From IMG/VR virus record IMGVR_UViG_3300020042_003032, positions 1 through 29,601 of that record: a stretch of 29,601 nt of DNA. One strand, written 5' to 3'. The notes under the pieces were generated by a model that saw only the letters and a list, made by a program, of their open reading frames with translations, searched no databases and had not been told where the DNA came from. Position 1 is the first letter of the stretch. Every line of letters starts with the position of its first letter. Position numbers and translations under genes: made by a program. Below, piece by piece: positions 8,839-16,904 of this stretch. Source of the DNA: a virus (taxonomy: Duplodnaviria; Caudoviricetes).

Positions 8839-9141
8839 GTTACATTAACAAATCGACATAAGGAATTAAGGGGAAGATTACAACAATTTGACTTATGTTT
8901 AAAGCACTAAAATGGGCTTCTAATGGTGCAACTGTAAACGATACTGCGATAGTCTAACTAAGTAGAATTAATAACAGAGAGAGAAGGAATGATTGAAAAA
9001 TTATCATTTCTGGATTAACACGAAAGTAGTTATTCCTTAAGGCTTCCTCTGTTTACTCACCAGCTCTAGTCTTCAAAGTAGAATTAATATATAATATAAT
9101 AACTATATTAGTTTAATTAATAATTAAATATATAATATATT

Positions 9142-9483
9142 ATGAATAAAGAAAAAATTATAAAAGTATTTGATAAGCAAATTAAACAAGAATTTAATGC
9201 TGAATTAAAAAAAGCAATTAAAAGTCAAGGATTAAATTATAAAGAAATTATAAAATGGAAAGAAGACAAAAAGAATTTAGAACTTTGCGAATCATATTTT
9301 TCAAAGGAAATATTTTTAAAGTCATTTAATTTTACAATTCAAGACTGGTGTGAAGTAAGATATGGAGATTATTATAATGAGTTAAAATTAGAAGAAGGGT
9401 TAAATAAAAAAAAATATACTCTTGATAAAATAAATCAATATATTAAATTTTTAAACCTAATTAATAAACAACTAAACAAATGA
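9142..9483 (+). CDS. Hypothetical protein
   Basis: 113 aa Lys-rich ORF, ATGA overlap with the next gene. Confidence 0.55.
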   Translation: MNKEKIIKVFDKQIKQEFNAELKKAIKSQGLNYKEIIKWKEDKKNLELCESYFSKEIFLKSFNFTIQDWCEVRYGDYYNELKLEEGLNKKKYTLDKINQYIKFLNLINKQLNK

Positions 9484-9731
9484 GTGATATAGCAAAGTGT
9501 TTAGACAGTTTATGTCCAAGTAAAGATTACTGTTATAGGTATACTGCTCCGGTAAGTTTAGTTTATCAATCTTATGGAGGATTTAGTAGAGAGGCAGACG
9601 AAGACAACTGTAATATGTTTTGGCCTAACGACAAAGACCTAAACAAGTGTAAACTAAACGGAGTTAAAAGAGAGGGAGAGATATGTAATTTAAAATACTG
9701 TACTTATCCAAAATGCGTACAAGACACGTAA
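9480..9731 (+). CDS. Cys-rich hypothetical protein
   Basis: MSDIAKC...CPSKDYCYRYTAP...CNMFW, plus a second Cys cluster; probable metal-binding protein. Confidence 0.6.
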   Translation: MSDIAKCLDSLCPSKDYCYRYTAPVSLVYQSYGGFSREADEDNCNMFWPNDKDLNKCKLNGVKREGEICNLKYCTYPKCVQDT

Positions 9732-9802
9732 CTTATAAGTTACTAATCGTTTAAATATAAACCTCAATTTTTAGGGTTTTAATTGACATAAAAAGTAAAG
9801 CA

Positions 9803-9895
9803 ATGAAATGTATATTTATATTTTTAGCATATGAATTTATAAGACCAAAAGTAATTTGGTTATGGTATTACTTAATTAAAAAAGCAACAGAATGA
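9803..9895 (+). CDS. Small hydrophobic protein (30 aa), not in the ORF track
   Basis: MKCIFIFLAYEFIRPKVIWLWYYLIKKATE; ATGA overlap with the lipoprotein gene. Confidence 0.45.
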   Translation: MKCIFIFLAYEFIRPKVIWLWYYLIKKATE

Positions 9896-10404
9896 AAACA
9901 GAAAACGACAACGGAAATAATATTTTACTAATAGCTATTGTACTAGCTTTAATTACTGCAATAGTTTTAACGTCTTGCGGTAGCAGAAAGGTCCAGAAGT
10001 CACAAACCAAAGAAAGCGAGACAAATGTGGAATCGACTACCGAAAAAGTACAGAATAATTTAACAGACAATACTAAAATAATTGACAGTTCGTCAAGCGA
10101 TGAGTTAGAGATTAGTCCGGTATCTGACACAATTCCTATGGTTGTAAATGGAATAACGTACAAAAACGCTAAAATTACACGTAAAAAAACTAAAAACAAT
10201 ATAAGTATAGTAAAAGATGTAAAAGTCCAGCATAAAGCACAAAAAAGCGGTTTAAAGACGGTTAAAAAAGACTTAATAATCGAAAGGAAAGTAATAGACA
10301 GAAAACAATCATTCTGGTGGTTACTTTGGTTTTTACTTTTAATACCGGCATATTACTTATGGAGAAAGTATAATATGTCAAAATTATTTTTTTTGTTTAA
10401 ATGA
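9892..10404 (+). CDS. Lipoprotein with C-terminal transmembrane helix; unimolecular spanin-like
   Basis: Hydrophobic signal and lipobox LTS-C29, soluble middle region, C-terminal FWWLLWFLLLIPAYYLW followed by RK. Confidence 0.65.
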   Translation: MKTENDNGNNILLIAIVLALITAIVLTSCGSRKVQKSQTKESETNVESTTEKVQNNLTDNTKIIDSSSSDELEISPVSDTIPMVVNGITYKNAKITRKKTKNNISIVKDVKVQHKAQKSGLKTVKKDLIIERKVIDRKQSFWWLLWFLLLIPAYYLWRKYNMSKLFFLFK

Positions 10405-10952
10405 AAGATAAGAAGTGCAAAGTTTGTCAAACTAAATTTACTCCGGTGCAATTCGCTCAAGCAGTCTGCAATTATAAGTGTGCTATTGAACACTCAAAGA
10501 ATCTTAAACAACAAAAAGAGCAAAGAGAATGGAAAGCAGAGAAAGCCGTTTTAAGAGACAAACTTAAAACTTTAGGACAATACGAGGCAGAGGCAAAAAG
10601 ATCGTTTCAAAAGTACATTAGAATGCGAGATAATAAACAACCTTGCATAAGTTGTGGAATAGAAAACACAGAACTCTGGGACGGAGGCCATTTTAAAAAA
10701 GCAGAGATATACTCTGGAGTTATATTTGATGAGAGTAACTGCCATAAACAATGCAGAAAGTGTAACAGATTTCTAGGAGGCAATGAATTAAATTACAGAT
10801 CTGGACTTATTCAGAGATACGGAATAGAATACACAGACCAGATAGAAGAGAAAGCAAACAACACACGCAACTACAAGTTTACAAAAGAGGAACTAATCGC
10901 AAAGAAATTAAAATACGATATTTTAATAAAAGAGTTTGTCAAGTCAAAATAA
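10401..10952 (+). CDS. ninG: NinG/Rap-family recombination endonuclease
   Basis: CKVC...CNYKC zinc ribbon; YIRMRD..PCISCG, DGGHF and NCHKQCRKCN HNH-like motifs. Confidence 0.88.
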   Translation: MKDKKCKVCQTKFTPVQFAQAVCNYKCAIEHSKNLKQQKEQREWKAEKAVLRDKLKTLGQYEAEAKRSFQKYIRMRDNKQPCISCGIENTELWDGGHFKKAEIYSGVIFDESNCHKQCRKCNRFLGGNELNYRSGLIQRYGIEYTDQIEEKANNTRNYKFTKEELIAKKLKYDILIKEFVKSK

Positions 10953-10965
10953 AACACTACATTTG
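10935..10965 (+). promoter_or_regulatory. Canonical Bacteroidota primary-sigma promoter
   Basis: TTTG (10935-10938), 19-nt spacer, TACATTTG (10958-10965). Confidence 0.75.
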
Positions 10966-10969
10966 GCTA

Positions 10970-11040
10970 ATATTGTTTCATAATTATTACTTTGTTTTGG
11001 TTAAAGAATCCCAGTCTTTTATTAGGTTGGGATTTTTTTT
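10970..11040 (+). ncRNA. Putative ~70-nt antisense sRNA targeting phage translation starts
   Basis: Has its own promoter and terminator and no ORF. Body TGTTTCATAATTATTACTTTGTTTTGGTT is the reverse complement of an AACCAAAACAAA...ATTATGAAACA leader consensus. Confidence 0.6.
11007..11040 (+). terminator. Rho-independent terminator
   Basis: AATCCCAGTCT / AGGTTGGGATT stem with two G-U pairs, then a T run. Confidence 0.8.
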
Positions 11041-11095
11041 TAATCTTTTTTTAAAAATAATTACAAAAAAGTTTTTTTATTAACAAAATGTTTAT

Positions 11096-11103
11096 TAAGT
11101 TTG
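11096..11103 (+). promoter_or_regulatory. Bacteroidota-type -7 element for the early operon
   Basis: TAAGTTTG, 28 nt upstream of the first small early ORF; -33 region is T-rich but not canonical. Confidence 0.55.
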
Positions 11104-11131
11104 TCCTCGTTAAACAATTAAACCAAAACAA

Positions 11132-11218
11132 ATGAAAACATTTTTATTAAAACAAAAGTACCAAGTTTACGCAATAGGATTTATTGCTGTATATTTTTTA
11201 ACTAGATTTTTTTACTAA
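11132..11218 (+). CDS. Small membrane peptide (28 aa), not in the ORF track
   Basis: MKTFLLKQKYQVYAIGFIAVYFLTRFFY, preceded by an AAACCAAAACA leader. Confidence 0.5.
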   Translation: MKTFLLKQKYQVYAIGFIAVYFLTRFFY

Positions 11219-11228
11219 ACAAAACATT

Positions 11229-11444
11229 ATGAAAAACGCAGTACAATTTATTAAAGATTTTGGAATAGATGATAATTGGAAAGATTTAACATTAGGAGAT
11301 TTAATAAAATCCGATATTCCAGATTTAGTAATTGATAATTTTGAAATGGCTATTAAATTAGTTAAAAGAAGTGGACTTAAAAATGTTCAATTAAGACAAG
11401 ATTGCAAAATAAATGGTGGAACAATGGAATGGGATAACTTTTAA
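11229..11444 (+). CDS. Hypothetical early protein
   Basis: 71 aa with an A-rich leader. Confidence 0.6.
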   Translation: MKNAVQFIKDFGIDDNWKDLTLGDLIKSDIPDLVIDNFEMAIKLVKRSGLKNVQLRQDCKINGGTMEWDNF

Positions 11445-11465
11445 AACAAAACAAAAAAAAACATT

Positions 11466-11699
11466 ATGAAAACAATTAGCGAACAATTAGGAACTATTAT
11501 CGGATTAGGAATTGACTTGAATCATTTTTTTAGCGTAAATGTATCTAGCTCTACAGTTACTTTAATAGGCAATCATTCAGACGAAGTACAAGCATATTTA
11601 ATTACAAATGGATTTAAAGTTTATGAGTATTTATATTCTGACAATCCGGATTGGATAGAATTAATTAAGGATGGCTGCAGAGTAGCTTTAAGCAAATAA
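11466..11699 (+). CDS. Hypothetical early protein
   Basis: 77 aa with an A-rich leader. Confidence 0.6.
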   Translation: MKTISEQLGTIIGLGIDLNHFFSVNVSSSTVTLIGNHSDEVQAYLITNGFKVYEYLYSDNPDWIELIKDGCRVALSK

Positions 11700-11700
11700 G

Positions 11701-11862
11701 ATGAGAAAGTATTTATTAACTTACTGGGCAGAGCGTAGAGACGAGTGTATTGATTTAGAGAGAGTAATTGAAGCTCCAACATTACAAGACGCATTAAACT
11801 TATTTTTAAACTTGGATTTACTCTATAAAAGGATTGAATCAATAAAAGAGTTAGCTAGATGA
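11701..11862 (+). CDS. Hypothetical protein (53 aa), not in the ORF track
   Basis: MRKYLLTYWAERRDECIDLERVIEAPTLQDALNLFLNLDLLYKRIESIKELAR; fills the gap, ATGA overlap with the next gene. Confidence 0.6.
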   Translation: MRKYLLTYWAERRDECIDLERVIEAPTLQDALNLFLNLDLLYKRIESIKELAR

Positions 11863-12053
11863 GAGTAGAAGACTGGATAGAGATATACTCCGAGATGCGT
11901 AAAGTATTTGAAAGAGACAAAGAACTAACTCACATAGAACTGACATTTAACATTAAGCCGGTAGAATCGGAAAAAAAAGTAGCAAAAATTTATGTAAAAA
12001 CTTTTAAAGATGGAAATCAACGACACACGCTGGGTATTAATGGAAGAGGGTAA
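11859..12053 (+). CDS. Hypothetical protein
   Basis: 64 aa, coupled to the upstream ORF. Confidence 0.55.
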   Translation: MRVEDWIEIYSEMRKVFERDKELTHIELTFNIKPVESEKKVAKIYVKTFKDGNQRHTLGINGRG

Positions 12054-12180
12054 ACCTTATATACTTTTGCTCACAGAAAGACTAGCCAAGCAAGAGCAAA
12101 GAAAATATAGTGAGATGTATCCGCATTTGGAATATACACTATTTTATGATGAATATTACGAATTTAGTGAATACAATTAA
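12010..12180 (+). CDS. Hypothetical protein (56 aa), not in the ORF track
   Basis: MEINDTRWVLMEEGKPYILLLTERLAKQEQRKYSEMYPHLEYTLFYDEYYEFSEYN; fills the gap before 12198. Confidence 0.5.
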   Translation: MEINDTRWVLMEEGKPYILLLTERLAKQEQRKYSEMYPHLEYTLFYDEYYEFSEYN

Positions 12181-12197
12181 TTTAAAACAAAGCAAAA

Positions 12198-12416
12198 ATG
12201 AAAAACAATGAAAACTGGAGTACTAAAGAATTAGTAAATTTTTTAACTCAAAGCAACGAGGCATTAAGAATTGAAAACTTACGCTTAATGGACCAAGTTG
12301 AAAGACTAACAATGAATATCGAAGTACACAACGCAGAGATAGTTAGCGATTATTACGGATATAATCCGTACACTTACACACAATCAAATAGTAATGTAAC
12401 CTTTAAAACAAATTAA
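12198..12416 (+). CDS. Hypothetical coiled-coil protein
   Basis: 72 aa with heptad pattern NEALRIENLRLMDQVERL. Confidence 0.6.
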   Translation: MKNNENWSTKELVNFLTQSNEALRIENLRLMDQVERLTMNIEVHNAEIVSDYYGYNPYTYTQSNSNVTFKTN

Positions 12417-12417
12417 G

Positions 12418-13011
12418 ATGAAAAACAAAATTGAATTACCAGCAGTAGAAATTCCATTATGTATCGGAGAGAAACTTTGCAGAATACAACAAGAGTTTAA
12501 AGCAAAAAAAAGTAGGTTTAATTCATTCGGAAAGTATAACTTTAGAAGTGCAGAGGATATCCTAGAGGGATTAAAACCAATGAACGAAAAATACGGAGTT
12601 TACTTTACGATTAACGAGCAACTAATAAACGCAAATCCTCCGGTTATGACTTCCGTAGCTACAATCTGGGATTGCGAGAGTGGTAAAAGTATAGACTGCT
12701 CTGCGGTAGTAGGAATAGATTTAAACCAAAAAGGAATGCAAACACCTCAAGCGTTTGGAAGTGCTTCTAGCTACGCTAAAAAATACGCTCTAGGGAATCT
12801 TTTATTAATCGATGATACTGCAGACGCAGACGCTACAAATACTCACTCTAAAGAGCCAGTAAAAGTAAAAGAGATACAATCTTTGGAAATAGGTACAGAG
12901 GCATTTAATAAAGCAGTTGACTATCTAGCTGGAGGAGGAGATATTGAATTAATAGAGAAAAAATACAAATTAACTAACGAAGTAAAACAAGCACTTTTAA
13001 ACAAAAAATAA
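12418..13011 (+). CDS. erf: ERF-family single-strand annealing protein
   Basis: NSFGKYNFRSAEDIL and the ERF signature QAFGSASSYAKKYAL...DDTADAD. Confidence 0.88.
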   Translation: MKNKIELPAVEIPLCIGEKLCRIQQEFKAKKSRFNSFGKYNFRSAEDILEGLKPMNEKYGVYFTINEQLINANPPVMTSVATIWDCESGKSIDCSAVVGIDLNQKGMQTPQAFGSASSYAKKYALGNLLLIDDTADADATNTHSKEPVKVKEIQSLEIGTEAFNKAVDYLAGGGDIELIEKKYKLTNEVKQALLNKK

Positions 13012-13012
13012 A

Positions 13013-13372
13013 ATGGAAATACAAGGAGAATTAATTGTCATAGGACAAACAGAAACAATCGGAGCAAAAGGATTCAAAAAGAGACTAGCAGTTGTTAAAA
13101 CAGATGAGCAATATCCTCAGACTATACCGGTAGAATTTACACAAGACAAAACTAATTTACTAGACAGTTTTAATACTGGAGACATAGTTAAAATAGGAAT
13201 AAACTTGAGAGGTACAGAGTGGAAAGGAAAATATTTTGCAAATATTCAAGGTTGGCAAATTAGCAAAGGAGAGAAAGAGAAGTCTGCTGGAAGTTTTATG
13301 CCAGATAGACAAAGCATAAACAATATGATGGAATACGCAGAGGAACAACACGATGACGGATTACCGTTTTAA
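13013..13372 (+). CDS. ssb: Single-stranded DNA-binding protein (DUF3127-like OB fold)
   Basis: YPQTIPVEF.QDK, NLRGTEW.GKYF and acidic DDGLPF C-terminus; follows ERF. Confidence 0.8.
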   Translation: MEIQGELIVIGQTETIGAKGFKKRLAVVKTDEQYPQTIPVEFTQDKTNLLDSFNTGDIVKIGINLRGTEWKGKYFANIQGWQISKGEKEKSAGSFMPDRQSINNMMEYAEEQHDDGLPF

Positions 13373-13379
13373 TATTAAA

Positions 13380-13401
13380 GGCCGGATGTAATAGTCCGGC
13401 C
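13380..13401 (+). terminator. GC-rich hairpin between ssb and helicase (weak terminator or stabilising stem)
   Basis: GGCCGGA-N8-TCCGGCC followed only by ATTATTT. Confidence 0.5.
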
Positions 13402-13420
13402 ATTATTTAAACCAAAACAG

Positions 13421-14332
13421 ATGCTAATAGATTATAATAAACAATTAGATATACTCCGCCAGATTAGGTCTGGTAAACTCAAAGAGGGATTAAAACTAGA
13501 TATACCACAAATAGATGAGTATATAAGATTTAAACCTAGCAATTTTAATATAGTACTAGGACACGCAAACGTAGGTAAAACAACTAGCATTCTTTATTTA
13601 ATGCTTTGTTACTCTTTAAAGCACGATTTGAAATGGCTAGTTTGCAGCACAGAGAATGATTCATATTCTTTGATTAGAAAGTTAGTTGAATTCCTAGACG
13701 AGACTCCGATAAATTTAGTTTCTGAAAGCAACTTTAAAACTCACACAGATTTTATTAATAAGCATTTTAAATTTGTAGATAACGCAACAATGTACGATTA
13801 TCATTCTGCGATTGATATATTTAAAAAAGTAAAAAAAGAGTTTAACTACAATGGAATATTACTAGACCCGTACAATGCTTTGATTAAAGATAACGATTTA
13901 ATGAAAAATCTAGGAGGACACGAATACGATTATCAAGCGTGTACCGAAATGAGAATGTTTTGCAAAGAATTTAAAATTAGTCTATGGTTAAATACTCACG
14001 CAAACACAAACGCATTAAGACAAGTTTACAGAGCAGATCATCCATTCGCTGGGCATCCACTTCCACCAATGGCAAGTGACGTAGAGGGAGGAGGAAAGTT
14101 CGTAAACAGAGCAGACGATTTTATAGTAGTACACCGGTTAACTTTGCATCCACAATTATACACAACTACGATGCTGCATATACGAAAGATAAAAGAGATT
14201 GAAACCGGAGGCCGTCCTACTAGCATAGATAATCCGATTGAAATTGTAGCTTTGCAGAATAATGTAGGATTTAGTATAGACGGTAAATCAATATTGAGGA
14301 CTATAAAAGAAAGCCAACTAAATTTTTTGTAA
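13421..14332 (+). CDS. DnaB-like (SF4) replicative helicase
   Basis: Walker A GHANVGKT, STE, Walker B LLDPYN, and DVEGGGKFVNRAD motif. Confidence 0.8.
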   Translation: MLIDYNKQLDILRQIRSGKLKEGLKLDIPQIDEYIRFKPSNFNIVLGHANVGKTTSILYLMLCYSLKHDLKWLVCSTENDSYSLIRKLVEFLDETPINLVSESNFKTHTDFINKHFKFVDNATMYDYHSAIDIFKKVKKEFNYNGILLDPYNALIKDNDLMKNLGGHEYDYQACTEMRMFCKEFKISLWLNTHANTNALRQVYRADHPFAGHPLPPMASDVEGGGKFVNRADDFIVVHRLTLHPQLYTTTMLHIRKIKEIETGGRPTSIDNPIEIVALQNNVGFSIDGKSILRTIKESQLNFL

Positions 14333-14872
14333 ATGAAAATACTCGATGTCCTATTCGTAAAGCATTCCACTTGGTTAAAATACGTTAAATCATTTGGTTG
14401 CCCGGATGACATCGCAGAGGATTACGTCCAAGAGATGTACATTAAAATCTATAATTATAGTCAGACTAAAAATAACGATTTAATGTATGACGGAGAAGAG
14501 GTAAACTATTTTTTTGTATACGTCACTTTAAAAAATATGTACTTCGATGATTTACGTAAAAACAAAAAGAAAATATACGTAAACATAGAGGACATTATTC
14601 TAGTAGAAGAGGAAATCGAATACTCGGAGAATAAGTTTTATTTCCAGAAAGATTTAGTTAGTAACTGGATAAAAGAGTTAAACAACGAAATAGACTCAAT
14701 AGAAGACCATACAGAGTACAAAGCTAGTCTCTGTTATATAAAGTTCATTTATCAAAAAATATTCGTTGAGAGTTACTCTATTACAGATTTAAGCGAAGAG
14801 ACAAAATTAAGTTACTGGAGCATCCGTAACACAGTTAAAAGAATCAAAGAACAAATAAAAAATGAGACATAA
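14333..14872 (+). CDS. Phage-encoded ECF-like RNA polymerase sigma factor
   Basis: Region 2 pattern (AEDYVQEMYIK...LKNMYFDDLRK) and C-terminal region 4 HTH (YSITDLSEETKLSYWSIRNTVKR); 179 aa. Confidence 0.78.
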   Translation: MKILDVLFVKHSTWLKYVKSFGCPDDIAEDYVQEMYIKIYNYSQTKNNDLMYDGEEVNYFFVYVTLKNMYFDDLRKNKKKIYVNIEDIILVEEEIEYSENKFYFQKDLVSNWIKELNNEIDSIEDHTEYKASLCYIKFIYQKIFVESYSITDLSEETKLSYWSIRNTVKRIKEQIKNET

Positions 14873-15050
14873 TTTAAACGACCAATTTACAAGCGATTTA
14901 AGAGCCGAACTTTTATTAAGTAAATATTCAGTACCATATTTAAAAGAAGTTATAAACGGACTTATTAGAAACGCTAAAAACAAAGGAGAAATAATAGAGT
15001 TAAACTACTGGAACGAAGTAGCACTCGAAATTAAAAAAAGAATAGTATGA
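14862..15050 (+). CDS. Hypothetical protein
   Basis: 62 aa, overlapping both neighbours. Confidence 0.55.
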   Translation: MRHNLNDQFTSDLRAELLLSKYSVPYLKEVINGLIRNAKNKGEIIELNYWNEVALEIKKRIV

Positions 15051-15277
15051 CACCAAGAAAAAAAGCAACAGAATTATTTAACAAATATGAATCAACTATA
15101 ATATTAAATAGTTGGTGCGATTCAAATACAACCGAGGATGAAATTAATTCATTAATAAAACTATGTGCATTAATAGCAGTAAATGAAATTATTGATTCAT
15201 TAACAATTAAAAATTATGCACAAGCAGACAAATACGAATTTTGGAATGAAGTTAAACAAGAGATTGAGAACTTATGA
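15047..15277 (+). CDS. Hypothetical phage protein
   Basis: MTPRKKATEL...CALIAVNEI...FWNEVKQEIENL; ATGA overlaps at both ends. Confidence 0.6.
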   Translation: MTPRKKATELFNKYESTIILNSWCDSNTTEDEINSLIKLCALIAVNEIIDSLTIKNYAQADKYEFWNEVKQEIENL

Positions 15278-15408
15278 GACTAGGAGATAAACTAGAATAC
15301 TTATTTAAAGTAACCGGCATCCAGTGGATAGTAAAAAAAATATATCCTAACTGCAACTGCGATAAACGAAGAGACAAGTTAAACGAATTTAAAATTAATA
15401 GAAAATGA
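15274..15408 (+). CDS. Small CxC protein (44 aa), not in the ORF track
   Basis: MRLGDKLEYLFKVTGIQWIVKKIYPNCNCDKRRDKLNEFKINRK; ATGA overlaps at both ends. Confidence 0.65.
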   Translation: MRLGDKLEYLFKVTGIQWIVKKIYPNCNCDKRRDKLNEFKINRK

Positions 15409-15614
15409 CAAAAGAAGACTGGATCTGGTGGCAGACATTCCGAGATAATTTAAGACATACGATTAGCAACGATGAGTATTTAAAAATAAGCCAATTACAC
15501 GCTCACTATTTTGACCACAAAGTTAACTATCCTTGCAAATGCAGTCCTAAAATAATTCAAAGTTATATCGATGATTTGAATGAATTTTACATAAAAAATC
15601 AAACATCAAAATGA
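15405..15614 (+). CDS. Hypothetical protein with CxC motif
   Basis: 69 aa containing PCKCSP; coupled to both neighbours. Confidence 0.6.
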   Translation: MTKEDWIWWQTFRDNLRHTISNDEYLKISQLHAHYFDHKVNYPCKCSPKIIQSYIDDLNEFYIKNQTSK

Positions 15615-16021
15615 GTAACGAGACATCACACCACAAGTGGGAACGAGGTATTATATACTTGCTTAATTTAGACGGTTGGGATTTAGAATGGACTGGAGAA
15701 GAGTTTGAGCATTACGATGCAAGAGGCAAAACACCGAAAGGATTTGATTGCATAATTGAGTTTAAATTAAGGAATGCATATTATCCAACAAAAGTACTAG
15801 AAAAATACAAGTATGATAAGTTAATGGAAAATGATTGCTTAAAATTTTACTATGTATTTGACTATAGAGGGAACTATCTTTATTATTTAGATTCTTTAGA
15901 ACTGCCAGAGCCAAACATAATAAACTGCAAAGCAACTCAAAAATTTGAAAGAGACGAATTTGTAAACAAAATTGTTTACTTTTTGTCAGAGAGCCAAGCA
16001 TCAATAATAAATAAATACTAA
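15611..16021 (+). CDS. PD-(D/E)XK nuclease-fold protein
   Basis: E...YDARG...IIEFKLR catalytic-type pattern. Confidence 0.6.
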   Translation: MSNETSHHKWERGIIYLLNLDGWDLEWTGEEFEHYDARGKTPKGFDCIIEFKLRNAYYPTKVLEKYKYDKLMENDCLKFYYVFDYRGNYLYYLDSLELPEPNIINCKATQKFERDEFVNKIVYFLSESQASIINKY

Positions 16022-16024
16022 AAA

Positions 16025-16055
16025 TTTGTTAATAAACTAAAAAAGATTATCTTTG
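16025..16055 (+). promoter_or_regulatory. Canonical Bacteroidota primary-sigma promoter
   Basis: TTTG (16025-16028), 19-nt spacer, TATCTTTG (16048-16055). Confidence 0.75.
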
Positions 16056-16080
16056 TAAACAAACCAAAACAAAAAATAAT

Positions 16081-16197
16081 ATGAATGAATTAATCAAAAC
16101 AGAGGCACTACTCAAAGAAATAATACAAGACAGAGAAAGAGCCAAAAAAGAACTAGAGCATCAAATAGAGGAAATAACTAGACTTGTAACAATATGA
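16081..16197 (+). CDS. Small coiled-coil protein (38 aa), not in the ORF track
   Basis: MNELIKTEALLKEIIQDRERAKKELEHQIEEITRLVTI; follows the promoter and an AAACCAAAACA leader; ATGA overlap with the exonuclease. Confidence 0.6.
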   Translation: MNELIKTEALLKEIIQDRERAKKELEHQIEEITRLVTI

Positions 16198-16904
16198 TAG
16201 TATTAATTGACGCAGATAGTTTAATCTGGAGCAGTTGTTATAAGCAAAAAGAAACTCCAGAGGATACCGGTTACCATAACATCGAAGAGGCAAAAGACAA
16301 GTACAACGAAGTAGTAATGAAAATAATCAATACTATCGAACTGGATCACGAAGTCGATAAGGTTATCACATTCGCTGGTGCAAGAGGCAACTTTCGCAAA
16401 CAGATAAGCAAAACATACAAAGCAAACAGAATAGACAGAGAAATCCCTCCGATATTAAACGAACTCCAAGACTATGTAAAAGAGCAATACCAAGCCAAGC
16501 AAGGTTACGGAGTAGAGACAGACGATTTAGTAGCTACCTATTGGACTAACTTAACAGAGACATTTGGAAGAGACGAAGTTATAATAGTTTCAATAGACAA
16601 AGACTATAAGCAGTTACCTTGTATTATTTATGACTATCATTATAAAAAACAATGCTACCACAATATAACAGAGGCAGAGGCAAAGTATAATTTTTATGAG
16701 CAAATGATAATGGGAGACACAGCCGACAATGTAAACTTCTGCAAAGGATATGGCAAAGCATATTGTAAAAACGCATTTAAAGACTGTTTAAGCGATTATA
16801 ATTATATTAGAGCAGTATTTAGTCTATTTAAAAAAATATACAAGCAGAAAGCACGAGAGCGATTTATAGAATGTTACTTACTTTTAAAATTAAAAACAAA
16901 ATAA
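16194..16904 (+). CDS. 5'-3' exonuclease / flap endonuclease (PIN fold)
   Basis: LIDADS, NFRK...YKANR, ETDD, DKD and GDTADN acidic motifs. Confidence 0.88.
   Translation: MIVLIDADSLIWSSCYKQKETPEDTGYHNIEEAKDKYNEVVMKIINTIELDHEVDKVITFAGARGNFRKQISKTYKANRIDREIPPILNELQDYVKEQYQAKQGYGVETDDLVATYWTNLTETFGRDEVIIVSIDKDYKQLPCIIYDYHYKKQCYHNITEAEAKYNFYEQMIMGDTADNVNFCKGYGKAYCKNAFKDCLSDYNYIRAVFSLFKKIYKQKARERFIECYLLLKLKTK

Noticed and set aside
9759-9780. AAACCT/GGGTTT hairpin as a terminator
   Set aside because: Weak, mostly A-T stem; insufficient support.
10967-10981. Possible minus-strand gene starting at the CAT at 10979-10981 with a good-looking leader
   Set aside because: It reads ATG AAA CAA TAT TAG (4 codons); better explained as the antisense RNA body.
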